The position numbers and the translations under genes are program-made. A DNA stretch of 64,000 bases from Thermoplasmata archaeon. Lineage in GTDB: Archaea > Thermoplasmatota > E2 > JACPAO01 > JAHFTW01. The notes under the pieces were generated by a model, which did no database searches, was not told the DNA's origin, and worked only from the letters and a program-made list of their open reading frames with translations. The number at the start of each line of letters is the position of its first letter. The first letter of the stretch is position 1. The stretch is taken from the NCBI GenBank assembly GCA_023269235.1, contig JAHFTW010000002.1, positions 119,294 to 183,293 on the forward strand, given 5' to 3'. Positions 1 to 9,400 of this stretch are shown here, piece after piece.

Positions 1-109
1 CGGCGAGGCGCGCGTCACGCTCCCCGTCCCCCCGGGGGCAACCGGGCTGACGATTGGGTTCCTCGCGGACCGCTCGATTCGGCAGACCTCGGAGCAGCCG
101 CTGACGCCC

Positions 110-1750
110 GTGCTGCAGCAGCAGCTCGTCGTGTACGACGCCGCCGGCCTGCAGGCCTCCTCGTTCAGCGTCTACGACCCGTCGGCGCCCGCGCAGCTGA
201 CGCGCCTGCCGTTCGCGTTCACCGTCCCCCTCGCCCCCGGCCGCACCAACGTCAGCGCCGGATGGTCGTTCGCGGACCGCGGCGGCCCATCCGGCCAGGT
301 GCTCGTGAGCCCGCTCTCGGGCCAGGGCTTCGAAGCCGTGGTGGACCAGCCGACCTTCACCTTCACCGGGCTTCCCCTCGCGGTGGAGCGCGTCCACCAG
401 GAGCGCATCGGGGTGCGCGGCGACGCGGTCGCTTCCTTGACCACGGTGCAGGTCCGCCTGGAGCCTTGGATGCTCAGCCGTGGGGCCGCGGCCATCCTCG
501 TGCGCGTCCCCGCCACGCTGGCGCTCGACGGCGCCTCTGCCCCGGACGGGGTCGAACTTGCCAACGGTGACGTCGCCGCCCTCGACCAGGCGGGGGAGCG
601 CCAAGTGACCATCGCCGCCGCCGCGACGGTCGCGCACGGCCCCGGGACGTACACGCTTCGGTTCCTCTCTGCCTCCACGCTCCAACCCGTGGCGGCCCTC
701 TACCCCTTCGCGCTTCTGATCCTCTTCGTCCCGGTCGCCGCAGGGGGCGTCGCCTTGCACAACACCCGCAACTTCTTGCGCCAGGCGCCCACCGGGTTCC
801 GCCGCACGGCGCGCATCTTGGTCCGCAGCGTCCTCGCCCTGCTCCTGGGGTACCTCCTGCTGCCTGGTTCGGTCATCCTCTCCGGCGAGATGCCGCTCCT
901 GGCGTCTTGGCCGCTGGAGGGCGAGGCGGGCCTCATCTACATCCTGGTCGGCGTCGCCTTCCTCGCCTTCATCGGGTTCGACGTGGCGGGCCGGCGCAAC
1001 CTCGCGCGCCTTGCCGCCCTCGACACGGCGGCCCGGGAACGCTCGGCCCAAGCCCTGGCTCGCTCGAACCGCGACCTCGAGCAGTTCGCCTACGTCGCCT
1101 CCCATGACCTGCAGGAGCCGCTTCGCATGGTGGCCTCGTACACGGAGCTTTTGCGGCGGCGCTACGGCGGCAAGCTCGACGCAGAGGCCGACGAGTTCAT
1201 CGGCTACGCCGTGGACGGCGCCACGCGCATGCGCCGCCTCATAGACGACCTGCTCGCTTTCAGCCGCGTCGGCACCGGCGGCCGCCCCTTCGAGCCGGTC
1301 CGGCTGGACGGCGCGCTCGACGAGGCGCTCCTGAACCTTGAGGTGGCGCGGCGGGACTCAGGCGCCGTCCTCCAGCGCGACCCGCTGCCGACCGTGCCGG
1401 GCGACGCCGTCCAGCTCGCCCAGGTGTTCCAGAACCTCGTCGGCAACGCCATCAAGTTCGCCAAGCCCGGCCAGGCGCCGCGTGTGCGCGTCACGGCGCG
1501 CGACCTCGGGGAAGAGTGGGAGGTCGCCGTGGCCGACGAAGGCATCGGCATCGCACCGCAGCACATCGGGCGCCTCTTCGTCATCTTCCAGCGCCTCCAG
1601 CCGCGCGACGCGGCCCCCGGCAACGGCATCGGCCTCGCCCTCGTCAAGCGCATCCTGGAGCGCCACGGGGGGCGCGTCTGGGTGGAGTCCGTCCCAGGCG
1701 AAGGGTCCACATTCCACTTCACCCTCCCCAAACGGCCGAGGCCTGCATGA
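110..1750 (+). CDS. Sensor histidine kinase: N-terminal extracytoplasmic domain, TM helices, HisKA and HATPase_c. May extend upstream of the window.
   Basis: H-box motif FAYVASHDLQEPLRMV. G-box GIGLALVKRILERHGGRVWVESVPGEGSTFHFTLP. Hydrophobic segments around aa 200-290. First ATG is at 110 but the frame could continue 5' of the window. Confidence 0.85.
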   Translation: MLQQQLVVYDAAGLQASSFSVYDPSAPAQLTRLPFAFTVPLAPGRTNVSAGWSFADRGGPSGQVLVSPLSGQGFEAVVDQPTFTFTGLPLAVERVHQERIGVRGDAVASLTTVQVRLEPWMLSRGAAAILVRVPATLALDGASAPDGVELANGDVAALDQAGERQVTIAAAATVAHGPGTYTLRFLSASTLQPVAALYPFALLILFVPVAAGGVALHNTRNFLRQAPTGFRRTARILVRSVLALLLGYLLLPGSVILSGEMPLLASWPLEGEAGLIYILVGVAFLAFIGFDVAGRRNLARLAALDTAARERSAQALARSNRDLEQFAYVASHDLQEPLRMVASYTELLRRRYGGKLDAEADEFIGYAVDGATRMRRLIDDLLAFSRVGTGGRPFEPVRLDGALDEALLNLEVARRDSGAVLQRDPLPTVPGDAVQLAQVFQNLVGNAIKFAKPGQAPRVRVTARDLGEEWEVAVADEGIGIAPQHIGRLFVIFQRLQPRDAAPGNGIGLALVKRILERHGGRVWVESVPGEGSTFHFTLPKRPRPA

Positions 1751-2175
1751 CCGCCCAACGCCCCCGCATCCTCCTCGTCGAGGACAACGCCCGCGACGTC
1801 CGCCTCATGCAGATCGTCCTGAGCGAGCTCGACGACTTCCCGCACCTCCTGGAGACGGCGAACGACCTCGTCTCCGGCGTGGCGCGCGTGCGGGCCGGCG
1901 GCGTGGACCTGGTCCTCCTGGACCTCAACCTCCCCGAGTCGCAGGGCGTCGCCACCCTGGCCCGCTTCGTGCGCGAGGCCCCCGCGGTCCCCGTCATCGT
2001 CGTCACCACCCTGGCCGACCGCGAGCTGGCTGCGGAGGCCGTCGCGAAGGGCGCCCAGGATTACCTTGTCAAGGGCCGCATGCACGGTCCCCTTCTGCCC
2101 CATGTGCTGCGCGGCGGCATGGAGCGGCACCGCCTGACCGCCGAGCTGCGCGCGCTGCGCTCCCCGAAGGCGTAG
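1747..2175 (+). CDS. Stand-alone response regulator receiver (CheY-like) domain
   Basis: ILLVEDN ... LVLLDLNLP ... VIVVT ... DYLVKG motifs. ATGA overlap with the kinase stop, so an operonic pair. Confidence 0.85.
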   Translation: MTAQRPRILLVEDNARDVRLMQIVLSELDDFPHLLETANDLVSGVARVRAGGVDLVLLDLNLPESQGVATLARFVREAPAVPVIVVTTLADRELAAEAVAKGAQDYLVKGRMHGPLLPHVLRGGMERHRLTAELRALRSPKA

Positions 2176-2180
2176 CCGGC

Positions 2181-3041
2181 ATGGCGGGACGCGCCCTGGC
2201 CGTGACCGTCGTGCTCGCGGGCCTCGTCCTGGCGGGCTGCGTCTCCGGTCCCGTCCAGGCGCCCCCCAGCAAAGCCACGCTCCTCCCCGCGCCCATCACC
2301 CTCAACATTGGAGCACGGGATTGCCTGAACTTCATCCTGTTCCAGTTCCTCCCCTTCGCTGCCGCCGATGCGTTTCTTCCGCCCGGCTACCACGCCCGGG
2401 ACCCCAAGGATTTCCTGAACTCCCCGGCGGCCACGGGGCAGGCCGCCGCCGTGGTGTTCCTGCTCGACTGCGCAAGCCGCGACGCGGACGGCAAGCCGTG
2501 GGTGAGCGGGTACTCCGGCGTGTACGTCGAGCCGCCCGCCGTCCCCGACACTCCTGATGCGGTGCCCTTGAACTTCTACGAGGTCGAGCACTTCGGGGAG
2601 GAACTGAACGGGACGCTGGCCAGCCTGGGATGGCCGGTCCATGCCTCGAACGTCAGCGTGGCCCGGAACACCGTGAGCCAGGACACCGTCGGGAAATCGG
2701 GCAGCATCACGGACGCCAACGGGTTGCTGTTCCAGTTCTTCGCGACGGCCGCGGCCCCGTATCAGTTGGCCTTGGGCCCGGTCCGGTTGTGGCACGAAAC
2801 CCCCAAGGGAACAGGGTACTTCCAGTACAACGCGACGCTCGATGCCCAGTTCGGACCGGTCGTGTGCATCCTGCCGCAATACGGCACCGTGCTTGGGGCG
2901 CTCATCGGGGAACCGACCCGTCTTCCCAACGGAGGGAACCTGGTGGCTTGCGCCCCAGACCGCGCCCGGCTGGGCGCCACCTTCCCGAACCTGTCGTTCC
3001 TAGGAGAGTTCCGGTTCCTGCCCGGCGTCCACGCGCGGTAG
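2181..3041 (+). CDS. Secreted lipoprotein of unknown function (lipobox LAGC). Paralog of 29436..30275.
   Basis: Signal peptide MAGRALAVTVVLAGLVLAGC. In frame with long ORF 1338..3041, whose upstream part is spurious. Shares collinear motifs with the lipoprotein at 29436. Confidence 0.6.
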   Translation: MAGRALAVTVVLAGLVLAGCVSGPVQAPPSKATLLPAPITLNIGARDCLNFILFQFLPFAAADAFLPPGYHARDPKDFLNSPAATGQAAAVVFLLDCASRDADGKPWVSGYSGVYVEPPAVPDTPDAVPLNFYEVEHFGEELNGTLASLGWPVHASNVSVARNTVSQDTVGKSGSITDANGLLFQFFATAAAPYQLALGPVRLWHETPKGTGYFQYNATLDAQFGPVVCILPQYGTVLGALIGEPTRLPNGGNLVACAPDRARLGATFPNLSFLGEFRFLPGVHAR

Positions 3042-3083
3042 GCGAAGCGACGGCCGCTGCGCTCATCGCAGCAAGACGCATCA

Positions 3084-3120
3084 AAAGGAAGGGGAAGGAA
3101 GGGGAAGGGGAAAAGAAGAC
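3084..3120 (-). terminator. Poly-pyrimidine (C/T-rich) tract immediately 3' of rpl12 (purine GGAA-repeat on + strand). Putative archaeal oligo-T terminator.
   Basis: Plus strand aaaaggaaggggaaggaaggggaaggggaaaagaag. On the minus strand this is cttcttttcccc..., beginning about 15 nt after the L12 stop. Confidence 0.4.
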
Positions 3121-3133
3121 GGGGCGGACGGCG

Positions 3134-3436
3134 TTAGCCGAACAGGGCGCCGAGGCCAGCGGCGGCCTCTTCCTCGGAGACGCCCTTCTCCTCGGGCTTC
3201 TCCTCGGCCTTCGCGGCGGGGGCGGCGGCGCCCGCGGGGGCGGCCATCGCGACCGGCGCGGCGGTGGCGTTCTTGATCGCGGCGCCGATGTCGGCGCCCT
3301 CGAGGGCGGCGACCAGGGCCTTGACACGGCCGGCGTCGGCAGGGATGCCGGCGCCCTTCAGGACCGCGTTGACGTTCGCTTCGTTGATCTCTTTCTTGGC
3401 GCTGTGCAGGAGCAGCGCGCTGTAGACGTATTCCAT
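3134..3436 (-). CDS. rpl12: 50S ribosomal protein L12 (archaeal P1 stalk protein)
   Basis: [22 protein letters not shown] ... Ala-rich hinge ... acidic C-terminal [24 protein letters not shown] start 3 codons upstream (MNTM, 3445) is also possible. Confidence 0.9.
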   Translation of the reverse strand: MEYVYSALLLHSAKKEINEANVNAVLKGAGIPADAGRVKALVAALEGADIGAAIKNATAAPVAMAAPAGAAAPAAKAEEKPEEKGVSEEEAAAGLGALFG

Positions 3437-3451
3437 GGTGTTCATTCCTCC

Positions 3452-4498
3452 TTAACCAAACAGCGCGCCTAGTCCGGCGGCCGCTTCCTCTTCGCTGACG
3501 CCCTTCTCCTCGGGCTTCTCCTCGGCTTGCGCCTTAGAGGAGCCGGCCGAGGCGGGCGCCGCCACGGCCACTTGGCTGAGGATCTTCAGGGAGTCGCCCA
3601 GGCGCTGCTTGAGCGCCTCGGACAGGTCGGACTCCTTCTTGCCGATGGAGGCGAGGACCTTCGCGTAGTCGGCCGTGATGGTCTTCTCGACCGCGGCGTC
3701 CACGCTCAGGTTCTGCTCCAAGACCAGGGCGATGGCCTGCTTGTAGGCACGGCCCAGGAGAGCGTCGGCCGTCTCGCTGGTGATGAAGCCAGTCTGGAGC
3801 GACAACTCGTGGGCGGTGCGCACGGCGAGGCCGAGCTGGCCGAAGATGACGGTCTCGTCCACGCCGAGGGCCTCGGGGCCGAAGACGGTCCCGGCCTCGA
3901 AGGCGGCCTTGAGGTCGATCTTCAGCTCGACGGGGCGGATCTCGAGCTTGGCGAGCAGGCCGGCCAGCTCGTTGGAGACGACCTGGCCCGCCTTGACGGG
4001 GGTGGCGTCCTTGGAGATGACGACCTTGCCGGCCTCGATCTTCGCCGGGATGCCGACCTTCTGCAGCTCACCGACGATGGGGCCGGGGCCGAAGGGCGTG
4101 TTGCCCTTGGGGATGAAGATGTCGTTGGGCGCAACCTGGCCGCCCTTGAGGGGGGCCATGGAGGCGCCGGCCTTCAGGCTCTTGAAGAGCTTGAAGGGGT
4201 TCTGCTTCGTGGCGAGGATGACGGACTGGCCGTGCATCTTGGCGGCGAGCGCCTCGATGCCGGGCTTGGCCTTGGCGGCCTCGGCGATGGCAATCTTCAG
4301 CAGGCTGTTCTTGCTGCCGACGACCGACACCTTGCCGCGCAGGCTGACGCGCATCTGCTGCATCTGCGGGGCGGGGATGCCGGAGACCTCGGCGATGGCG
4401 ACGACGGGGTTGTCCACGAGGAGCTTGGTCAGCATGGCGACCTCCTCCTTCTTCCAGGGGGCGACGTGGGCGTGGCCCTCGGTGGTGCCCTTCGTCAT
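3452..4498 (-). CDS. rpl10: 50S ribosomal protein L10 (acidic ribosomal protein P0)
   Basis: 348 aa. P0 N-domain. C-terminus is identical in style to the L12 tail ([23 protein letters not shown]). Confidence 0.9.
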   Translation of the reverse strand: MTKGTTEGHAHVAPWKKEEVAMLTKLLVDNPVVAIAEVSGIPAPQMQQMRVSLRGKVSVVGSKNSLLKIAIAEAAKAKPGIEALAAKMHGQSVILATKQNPFKLFKSLKAGASMAPLKGGQVAPNDIFIPKGNTPFGPGPIVGELQKVGIPAKIEAGKVVISKDATPVKAGQVVSNELAGLLAKLEIRPVELKIDLKAAFEAGTVFGPEALGVDETVIFGQLGLAVRTAHELSLQTGFITSETADALLGRAYKQAIALVLEQNLSVDAAVEKTITADYAKVLASIGKKESDLSEALKQRLGDSLKILSQVAVAAPASAGSSKAQAEEKPEEKGVSEEEAAAGLGALFG

Positions 4499-5134
4499 CT
4501 AGACCACCTTCACGGAGGGGCCCATGGTCGTCTTCACGTACACGGCGCTGACGTTCATGCGGCCGTGCTCGAGCTTGGACTCGACACGCTTGAGGACCGC
4601 GTCGATGTTGTCGGCGAGGTCGGCGGCGGACATGGTCTCGGCGCCCACCATGCAGTGGAACACGAGCTTGTCCTTGGAGCGGAGCTTGACGGTGTTGCGC
4701 AGGTTGTTGACCTGGGGCGTCGGGTCGGCGCCGGGGGGGACGGGGCGGGGCATCTTGCCGCGGGGGCCCAGCACGACACCGAGCGTCTTGCCGATGTTGG
4801 CCATCAGGGGGGCCTCGGCGAGGAAGTAGGTGGTGTTGTTGACGATGCGCTTGAAGTTGCGCTTGTTCTTCGTCAGGGAGTCGAACTCGTCGGGCTGGAT
4901 GACGGTGTCCGCGACCTTCTTGGCCTTGGCGGCGCCTTCACCCTGCGCGAACACGCCGACCTTGGCCGGCTTGCCGCGTCCCTTCGGGAGGATGATGTCC
5001 TCGTCGATGCGGTTCTTCGGGATGCTCAGGTCGACGTTCTTGAGCATGATGGCGAGGTCCACGCTCTGCGTGAACTTGCGCTCGAGGGACTTGGAGGCCT
5101 CGAGGGCCTTCGTGACAGCTTCCAGTGTGGTCAT
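4499..5134 (-). CDS. rpl1: 50S ribosomal protein L1
   Basis: MTTLEAVTKALEASK...FTQSVDLAIMLKNVD...GKTLGVVLGPRGKMP. L1 family. The upstream part of ORF 4499..6295 is spurious. Confidence 0.9.
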   Translation of the reverse strand: MTTLEAVTKALEASKSLERKFTQSVDLAIMLKNVDLSIPKNRIDEDIILPKGRGKPAKVGVFAQGEGAAKAKKVADTVIQPDEFDSLTKNKRNFKRIVNNTTYFLAEAPLMANIGKTLGVVLGPRGKMPRPVPPGADPTPQVNNLRNTVKLRSKDKLVFHCMVGAETMSAADLADNIDAVLKRVESKLEHGRMNVSAVYVKTTMGPSVKVV

Positions 5135-5172
5135 CTCGGCGATAGGAATCACCTGCGGCAGTATGGCGACCC

Positions 5173-5184
5173 GAGACGGGTCTC
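5173..5184 (-). promoter_or_regulatory. Perfect hairpin (gagacgggtctc) in the rpl1 5' leader/promoter region. Possible L1 autoregulatory element or divergent promoter element.
   Basis: 12-nt palindrome between rpl1 (minus) and the epimerase (plus). An A/T-rich ctaaatagg TATA-like box lies about 40 nt upstream of rpl1 on the minus strand. Confidence 0.25.
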
Positions 5185-5299
5185 CTGCCGGCTTTCGTTC
5201 CGACAAGCCCCCCCTATTTAGCCATTTTCGAGGCGAAGCGAGGGTCTCCCGAACAGGGCACACGCAACCGCCAAATGGGAAGGCCCCTGGTGCGCCGGC

Positions 5300-6346
5300 A
5301 TGAAGCAGTTGGAGTCCTACCTGGTCACCGGCGGGGCCGGGTTCCTCGGGCAGGCCCTCGTCAAGCGGCTGGCGGCGCAGGGCAAGCGCATCCGCGTCCT
5401 TGACAACGCACCGCGCCCGCCGGAGCTGGCCGGCATCGAGCTCGACTATGTCCAGGGCGACATCCGCGACCGGGTCGCCGTGGCCAAAGCCGTGGCTGGA
5501 GTGGACTGTGTTCTGCACGGCGCCGCGGCGCTGCCCATCCTGCGCGATGGGAAGTTCATCCACAGCGTGAACGTGGACGGCACCCGGAACCTTCTCGAGG
5601 CCTCCGTCGCCGCGAAGGTGCCCTCCTTCGTCTTCGTCTCGACGACCGCCGTGTACGGCCTGCACAAGGAGCACCCCATCACGGAGAAGAACCGGATGAT
5701 CCCCATCGGCCCCTACGGCGAATCCAAGGTCGCGGCCGAGCTCCTGTGCGCGCAGTTCCGCGACCGCCTCCATGTCGCCGTCGTGCGCCCCAAGACCTTC
5801 CTCGGCCAGGGCCGCCTCGGCGTCTTCGAGATCCTCTTCGACTGGATCCACGACGGCAAACGCATCCCGATGATCGGCAAGGGGCACAACAAGTACCAGC
5901 TCCTCGACGTCGAGGACCTCGTGGACATCCTGCTCCTGTCTGCCAGCCACCCGAAAGGCTCGGACACCTTCAACGCCGCCGCCAACCGGTTCGGCACCCT
6001 GCGCGAGGATCTCGCTCCGCTGTTTGCCGCCGCCGGCCACAAGCCGCGTTTCCTCACGACGCCGCGCAAGACCACCATCAGCGCACTCTGGGTGCTTGAC
6101 AAGCTCCGCCTGAGCCCCCTCACGCAGTGGCACTACGGCACGATGTCCTCCGACTCCTACGTCGAGACCGACAAGGCGCGCGAGCTCCTCGGCTGGAGCG
6201 CCAAGCGCAGCAACCAGGACACCTTGCTTGCCGCCTACACCTGGTACCACGCCCACCACGACGAGGTCAAGAAAGTGGGCGGCGGCACGACGCACACGGT
6301 GCCGTGGAACCAGAAGGCGCTCGGCTTCTTCAAGCGCTTCGCGTAG
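5300..6346 (+). CDS. NAD-dependent epimerase/dehydratase (extended SDR, GalE/UDP-sugar 4-epimerase family)
   Basis: N-terminal TGGAGFLGQALVKRL Rossmann motif. YxxxK region. 348 aa. Confidence 0.85.
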   Translation: MKQLESYLVTGGAGFLGQALVKRLAAQGKRIRVLDNAPRPPELAGIELDYVQGDIRDRVAVAKAVAGVDCVLHGAAALPILRDGKFIHSVNVDGTRNLLEASVAAKVPSFVFVSTTAVYGLHKEHPITEKNRMIPIGPYGESKVAAELLCAQFRDRLHVAVVRPKTFLGQGRLGVFEILFDWIHDGKRIPMIGKGHNKYQLLDVEDLVDILLLSASHPKGSDTFNAAANRFGTLREDLAPLFAAAGHKPRFLTTPRKTTISALWVLDKLRLSPLTQWHYGTMSSDSYVETDKARELLGWSAKRSNQDTLLAAYTWYHAHHDEVKKVGGGTTHTVPWNQKALGFFKRFA

Positions 6347-6370
6347 CGCGCGTAGAAGGTCGAGGGCGGA

Positions 6371-6434
6371 GCGCCTCCGGCTTTGCGCAGCAAGGCCGGA
6401 GGCAAAAGGCTCTCAGCTTCTTCAAGCGCTTCGC
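6371..6434. repeat. Convergent intergenic hairpin plus a 20-nt direct duplication of the epimerase 3' end
   Basis: IR gcgcctccggc...gccggaggc (6371-6403). gcttcttcaagcgcttcgc at 6324-6342 is repeated at 6415-6434, recreating a ...FFKRFA* reading frame. Confidence 0.6.
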
Positions 6435-6442
6435 CTGAGCGG

Positions 6443-9400
6443 TTACGGCTGGCATGCGGACGGCGCATCGGGCGCCGCGAACGCTGGCTCGAGGGCCTTG
6501 AGCGCGACGGCCATGCACTGGCCGTTGATGGTGTCGTGGCGGCCGCCGCCGGCGACGCTGAGCTCGGTGGCGACCCACGGCTTGACGGAGGTCGCCGCGT
6601 GCGCGCCGCACGACTGGCCGACGTGGAACGTTGCCCCGTTGCGCTCCAGCCAGAGGCCCCCGGCGCGGGCGGAGAGCCGGTCGCCGGGCACGAGCGTGTA
6701 CGGGCCCGGCACGGCGTCGAGGCCGGCAAGACAGGTGTCCCCCAAGGCCGCGTTGAGGGGCAGCGCGAGGTCGGGGCCGAAGGTGAGGACGGGGACCTTG
6801 GCGGCCGACCAGCTCGTGAGCTGGGCCGAGACGGCGGGGCCCGCCCGGTAGGGGCCGTAGCCGCCCTCGATGAGGACGAGGTCGGGGGCGCCGGAGACCG
6901 CGGGGCCGAAGACGTCGGCCGCGGCGACGCGGGTCTGGGGCAGGGCGCGGGGCAGGGCCGCCAAGGCGTCGATGCCCCAGAAGTGGCTCTCGCCCAATTC
7001 CGGCACGCTTGGATCCGTCATGGACGAGCGCTCATGGAGCAGGAAGAGGACGTTCTTCGCAGGGGCCGGGGCTGCCTGGAGCGCCTGCCGCTCGGCCAGG
7101 GTCTGCTCCAAGAAGCGCGCGCCGTACTCTTGGCTGGGCTCGATGCTGGAGCCTTCGAAGAACTCGTTGAAGGTCGCGATGACGGGGAAGGTCGGCGGGT
7201 GCGCGATGGTGGAGTCCCAGCTCCGCGAGTAGAACGACGCGCCGCCCGGACCGTCGGGGAACGCGGGGATGACAAACCCGTTCGGGCGGTTGACGGTGTC
7301 GTCGTACGAGGGCGCCACGCCAAACGAGCTCAGGCGGCCCGTCGCGTCGGCGAAGGCGGTGAGGCGGTGGTTGCGGTCCTCCCACAACGCGAAGGTGTCG
7401 TTGAAGGGCGCCTTCGGCTGGTTGCCCCACGTGAAGGACGGGCTGTAGATGAACGACCCGTCGAAGGCGGAGAGGCTCACGAGCGACTTGACGGTGCCCG
7501 CCTGGAAGTCGGCGCGCTCGTTGAGGGCGTCGCCGTTGACCATGAAGAGCGGCGTCCCGACGGCGGCCTCGAGGCGGGCGCGCAGGTCCTCCCAGAACGC
7601 GACGTGCTGCACCAAGTGGGCTGCGCGCCACAGGCCGTTGGCGCCAGGGTCGTTGAAGGACTTGTACGTCGTCGGGTAGTACTGCAGGACTGAGGGGACG
7701 GTGGCCTGGAGGCTGGAGTCGTTGAAGGCGGCGCGCAGCGTCTCGAGGGAGTGGAGGGAGAGGAGGGTGCGGGCCAGGCTCGCCTTGTCCTCAGGGTGGA
7801 AGCTGACCCCGCCGACATACGAGTCGTAGAAGAAGACCACCGGGCGGCCGCCCATGTGGAGCGCGGAGGGTTGGAGCAGCTGCGCCTTGAGGTCAACGAC
7901 GAACGCCGAGATGGCGTCCCGCGTGCCGTTGTCGAGGCGGTAGAAGGAGGCGGGGACCAGCTGCCCGAGCTCGTTCACGGGGTGGTGCTCCGCCTGGTCG
8001 TACACCTGGTTGAGCTCAATGAGGGGCGCGACGCGCAGGCCCGCCTTCGTCGCCTCATCCTGGAACGTGCGGTAGCGTTCGGCCTCGCCGCGGTGGTAAC
8101 TCACGACCGCGGTGTCAATGCCGGCCCCAATCATGGCGGCGACCTGGTCGCGGGCCACGCCCCGCGTGTTCGTGTAGTAGCCGATGGTGGGGACCTGGCT
8201 GACCACCTCCCAGTTGCCGTAGCGCACCGCGGGATCATGGGCCGGGTTCTGCCACCACAAGTAGGTGAAGGCGCCCACCAGCGGCTGAGCGGTGGCGGGG
8301 ATGAAGGCGGCGGGCGGGGCGGCCGCGCCGCCGAGTGCCGGCAGGAAGCCGACGCCGATGAGGAGGAGGCCGAGAACGCCCGTCGGGAGCAGGTGGCGGA
8401 CGCCCACGGGGGAGCGCGAACGCTGGCCGCTGAGGATGCGCAGCGCGAGCCACGCCATCGCGAACAGGGTGATGGACACCAGGGCCACAAGGATGGTTTG
8501 GAGCCACCACCAGAAGTCCGGCGAAAGGCTGCGCAACCGTTCGGCCGCAACGTCCACGGGCACGCCGCCCAAGACGACGTTGGCGACGTCTGGGGGCAGG
8601 AAGGTGAGGAAATGGAAGCCGCCGATGGCGATGACGAGCGCGAACAGCGTCGGCGTCCAGCGCGTCAGGAAATGGCCGAGGCGGTCGAGGACGTGGAGTT
8701 GGTCCAGGACGAGGATGGGCGCGACGAGGAGCACAAGGTACTGTTCGTTGACGACGCGGTTCCACACGAGGATGGCGATGCCGGCCATCAGGGTCAGCAT
8801 CAGGCTGGTGCCCTTGCCGCGCAGCCGCGTTGAGAGGTAGCCCACCGCGACGAGGGAGGCCACCATCAGGAGCGGGCTGAGGAGCTTGACGACGCCGTCG
8901 GAGAGGACCTCGCGCGGCACGAGCTGCCAGAGCGTCAGGCCCTGCACGCCGCGCGCCAGGTGCATTCCGACGACCTGCTGCCAGAAGCCGCCGGGGTCGG
9001 AGAGGAAGAAGGGGGCGCTCACGGCGGCGACGATGCCGGCGCCCGCGGCGCCGAAGCGGAACGCCGACTCCCAGCCGTGGCGCCGCACCAGGTACGGCAG
9101 CATCGGCAGGACGAGGAGGGCGGGGAAGGGCTTGACCAGAAAGGCGAGGCCGACGAGGACGCCAGCCTTGCCGGGCTTGCCGTTGCCGTAGGCGAGCAGG
9201 CCGCCGAGGTAGAGGGCCATGAGCGCGACGTCGGTCATGCCCCACGCGGCGGCCACGAGCAGGAGGAACGGGTTCCAGAGGAAGCGCCGTTCGACCTTGC
9301 GGGCCTCGTCTTCGTCGGAGCCGAAGCGGCGCGCCCAAGCCCCAGCGACCCAGGCGAGCGCCACAAGGGAGGCGATCATGGGGAGCTTCCACAGCACGCG

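Noticed and set aside
1338-3041. 567-aa ORF spanning the histidine kinase 3' end, the response regulator and the lipoprotein
   Set aside because: Only the last about 287 codons (from the ATG at 2181, with signal peptide) look genuine. The remainder is out of frame with clearly real HK/RR genes and is a high-GC open-frame artefact.
3084-3120. GGAA/GGGGAA repeat considered as a CRISPR-like array or microsatellite
   Set aside because: Too short, units irregular, no spacers. Best explained as a poly-pyrimidine terminator on the rpl12 strand.
3527-5221. 564-aa plus-strand ORF (and 3780..4502, 4830..5303) antisense to rpl10/rpl1
   Set aside because: Antisense to unambiguous ribosomal protein genes. 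Gly/Asp/Leu-rich low-complexity translation typical of GC-rich antisense frames.
4499-6295. 598-aa minus ORF extending upstream of L1
   Set aside because: Only the C-terminal 211 codons encode L1. The extension overlaps the real epimerase gene on the opposite strand and has no ribosomal L11 similarity.
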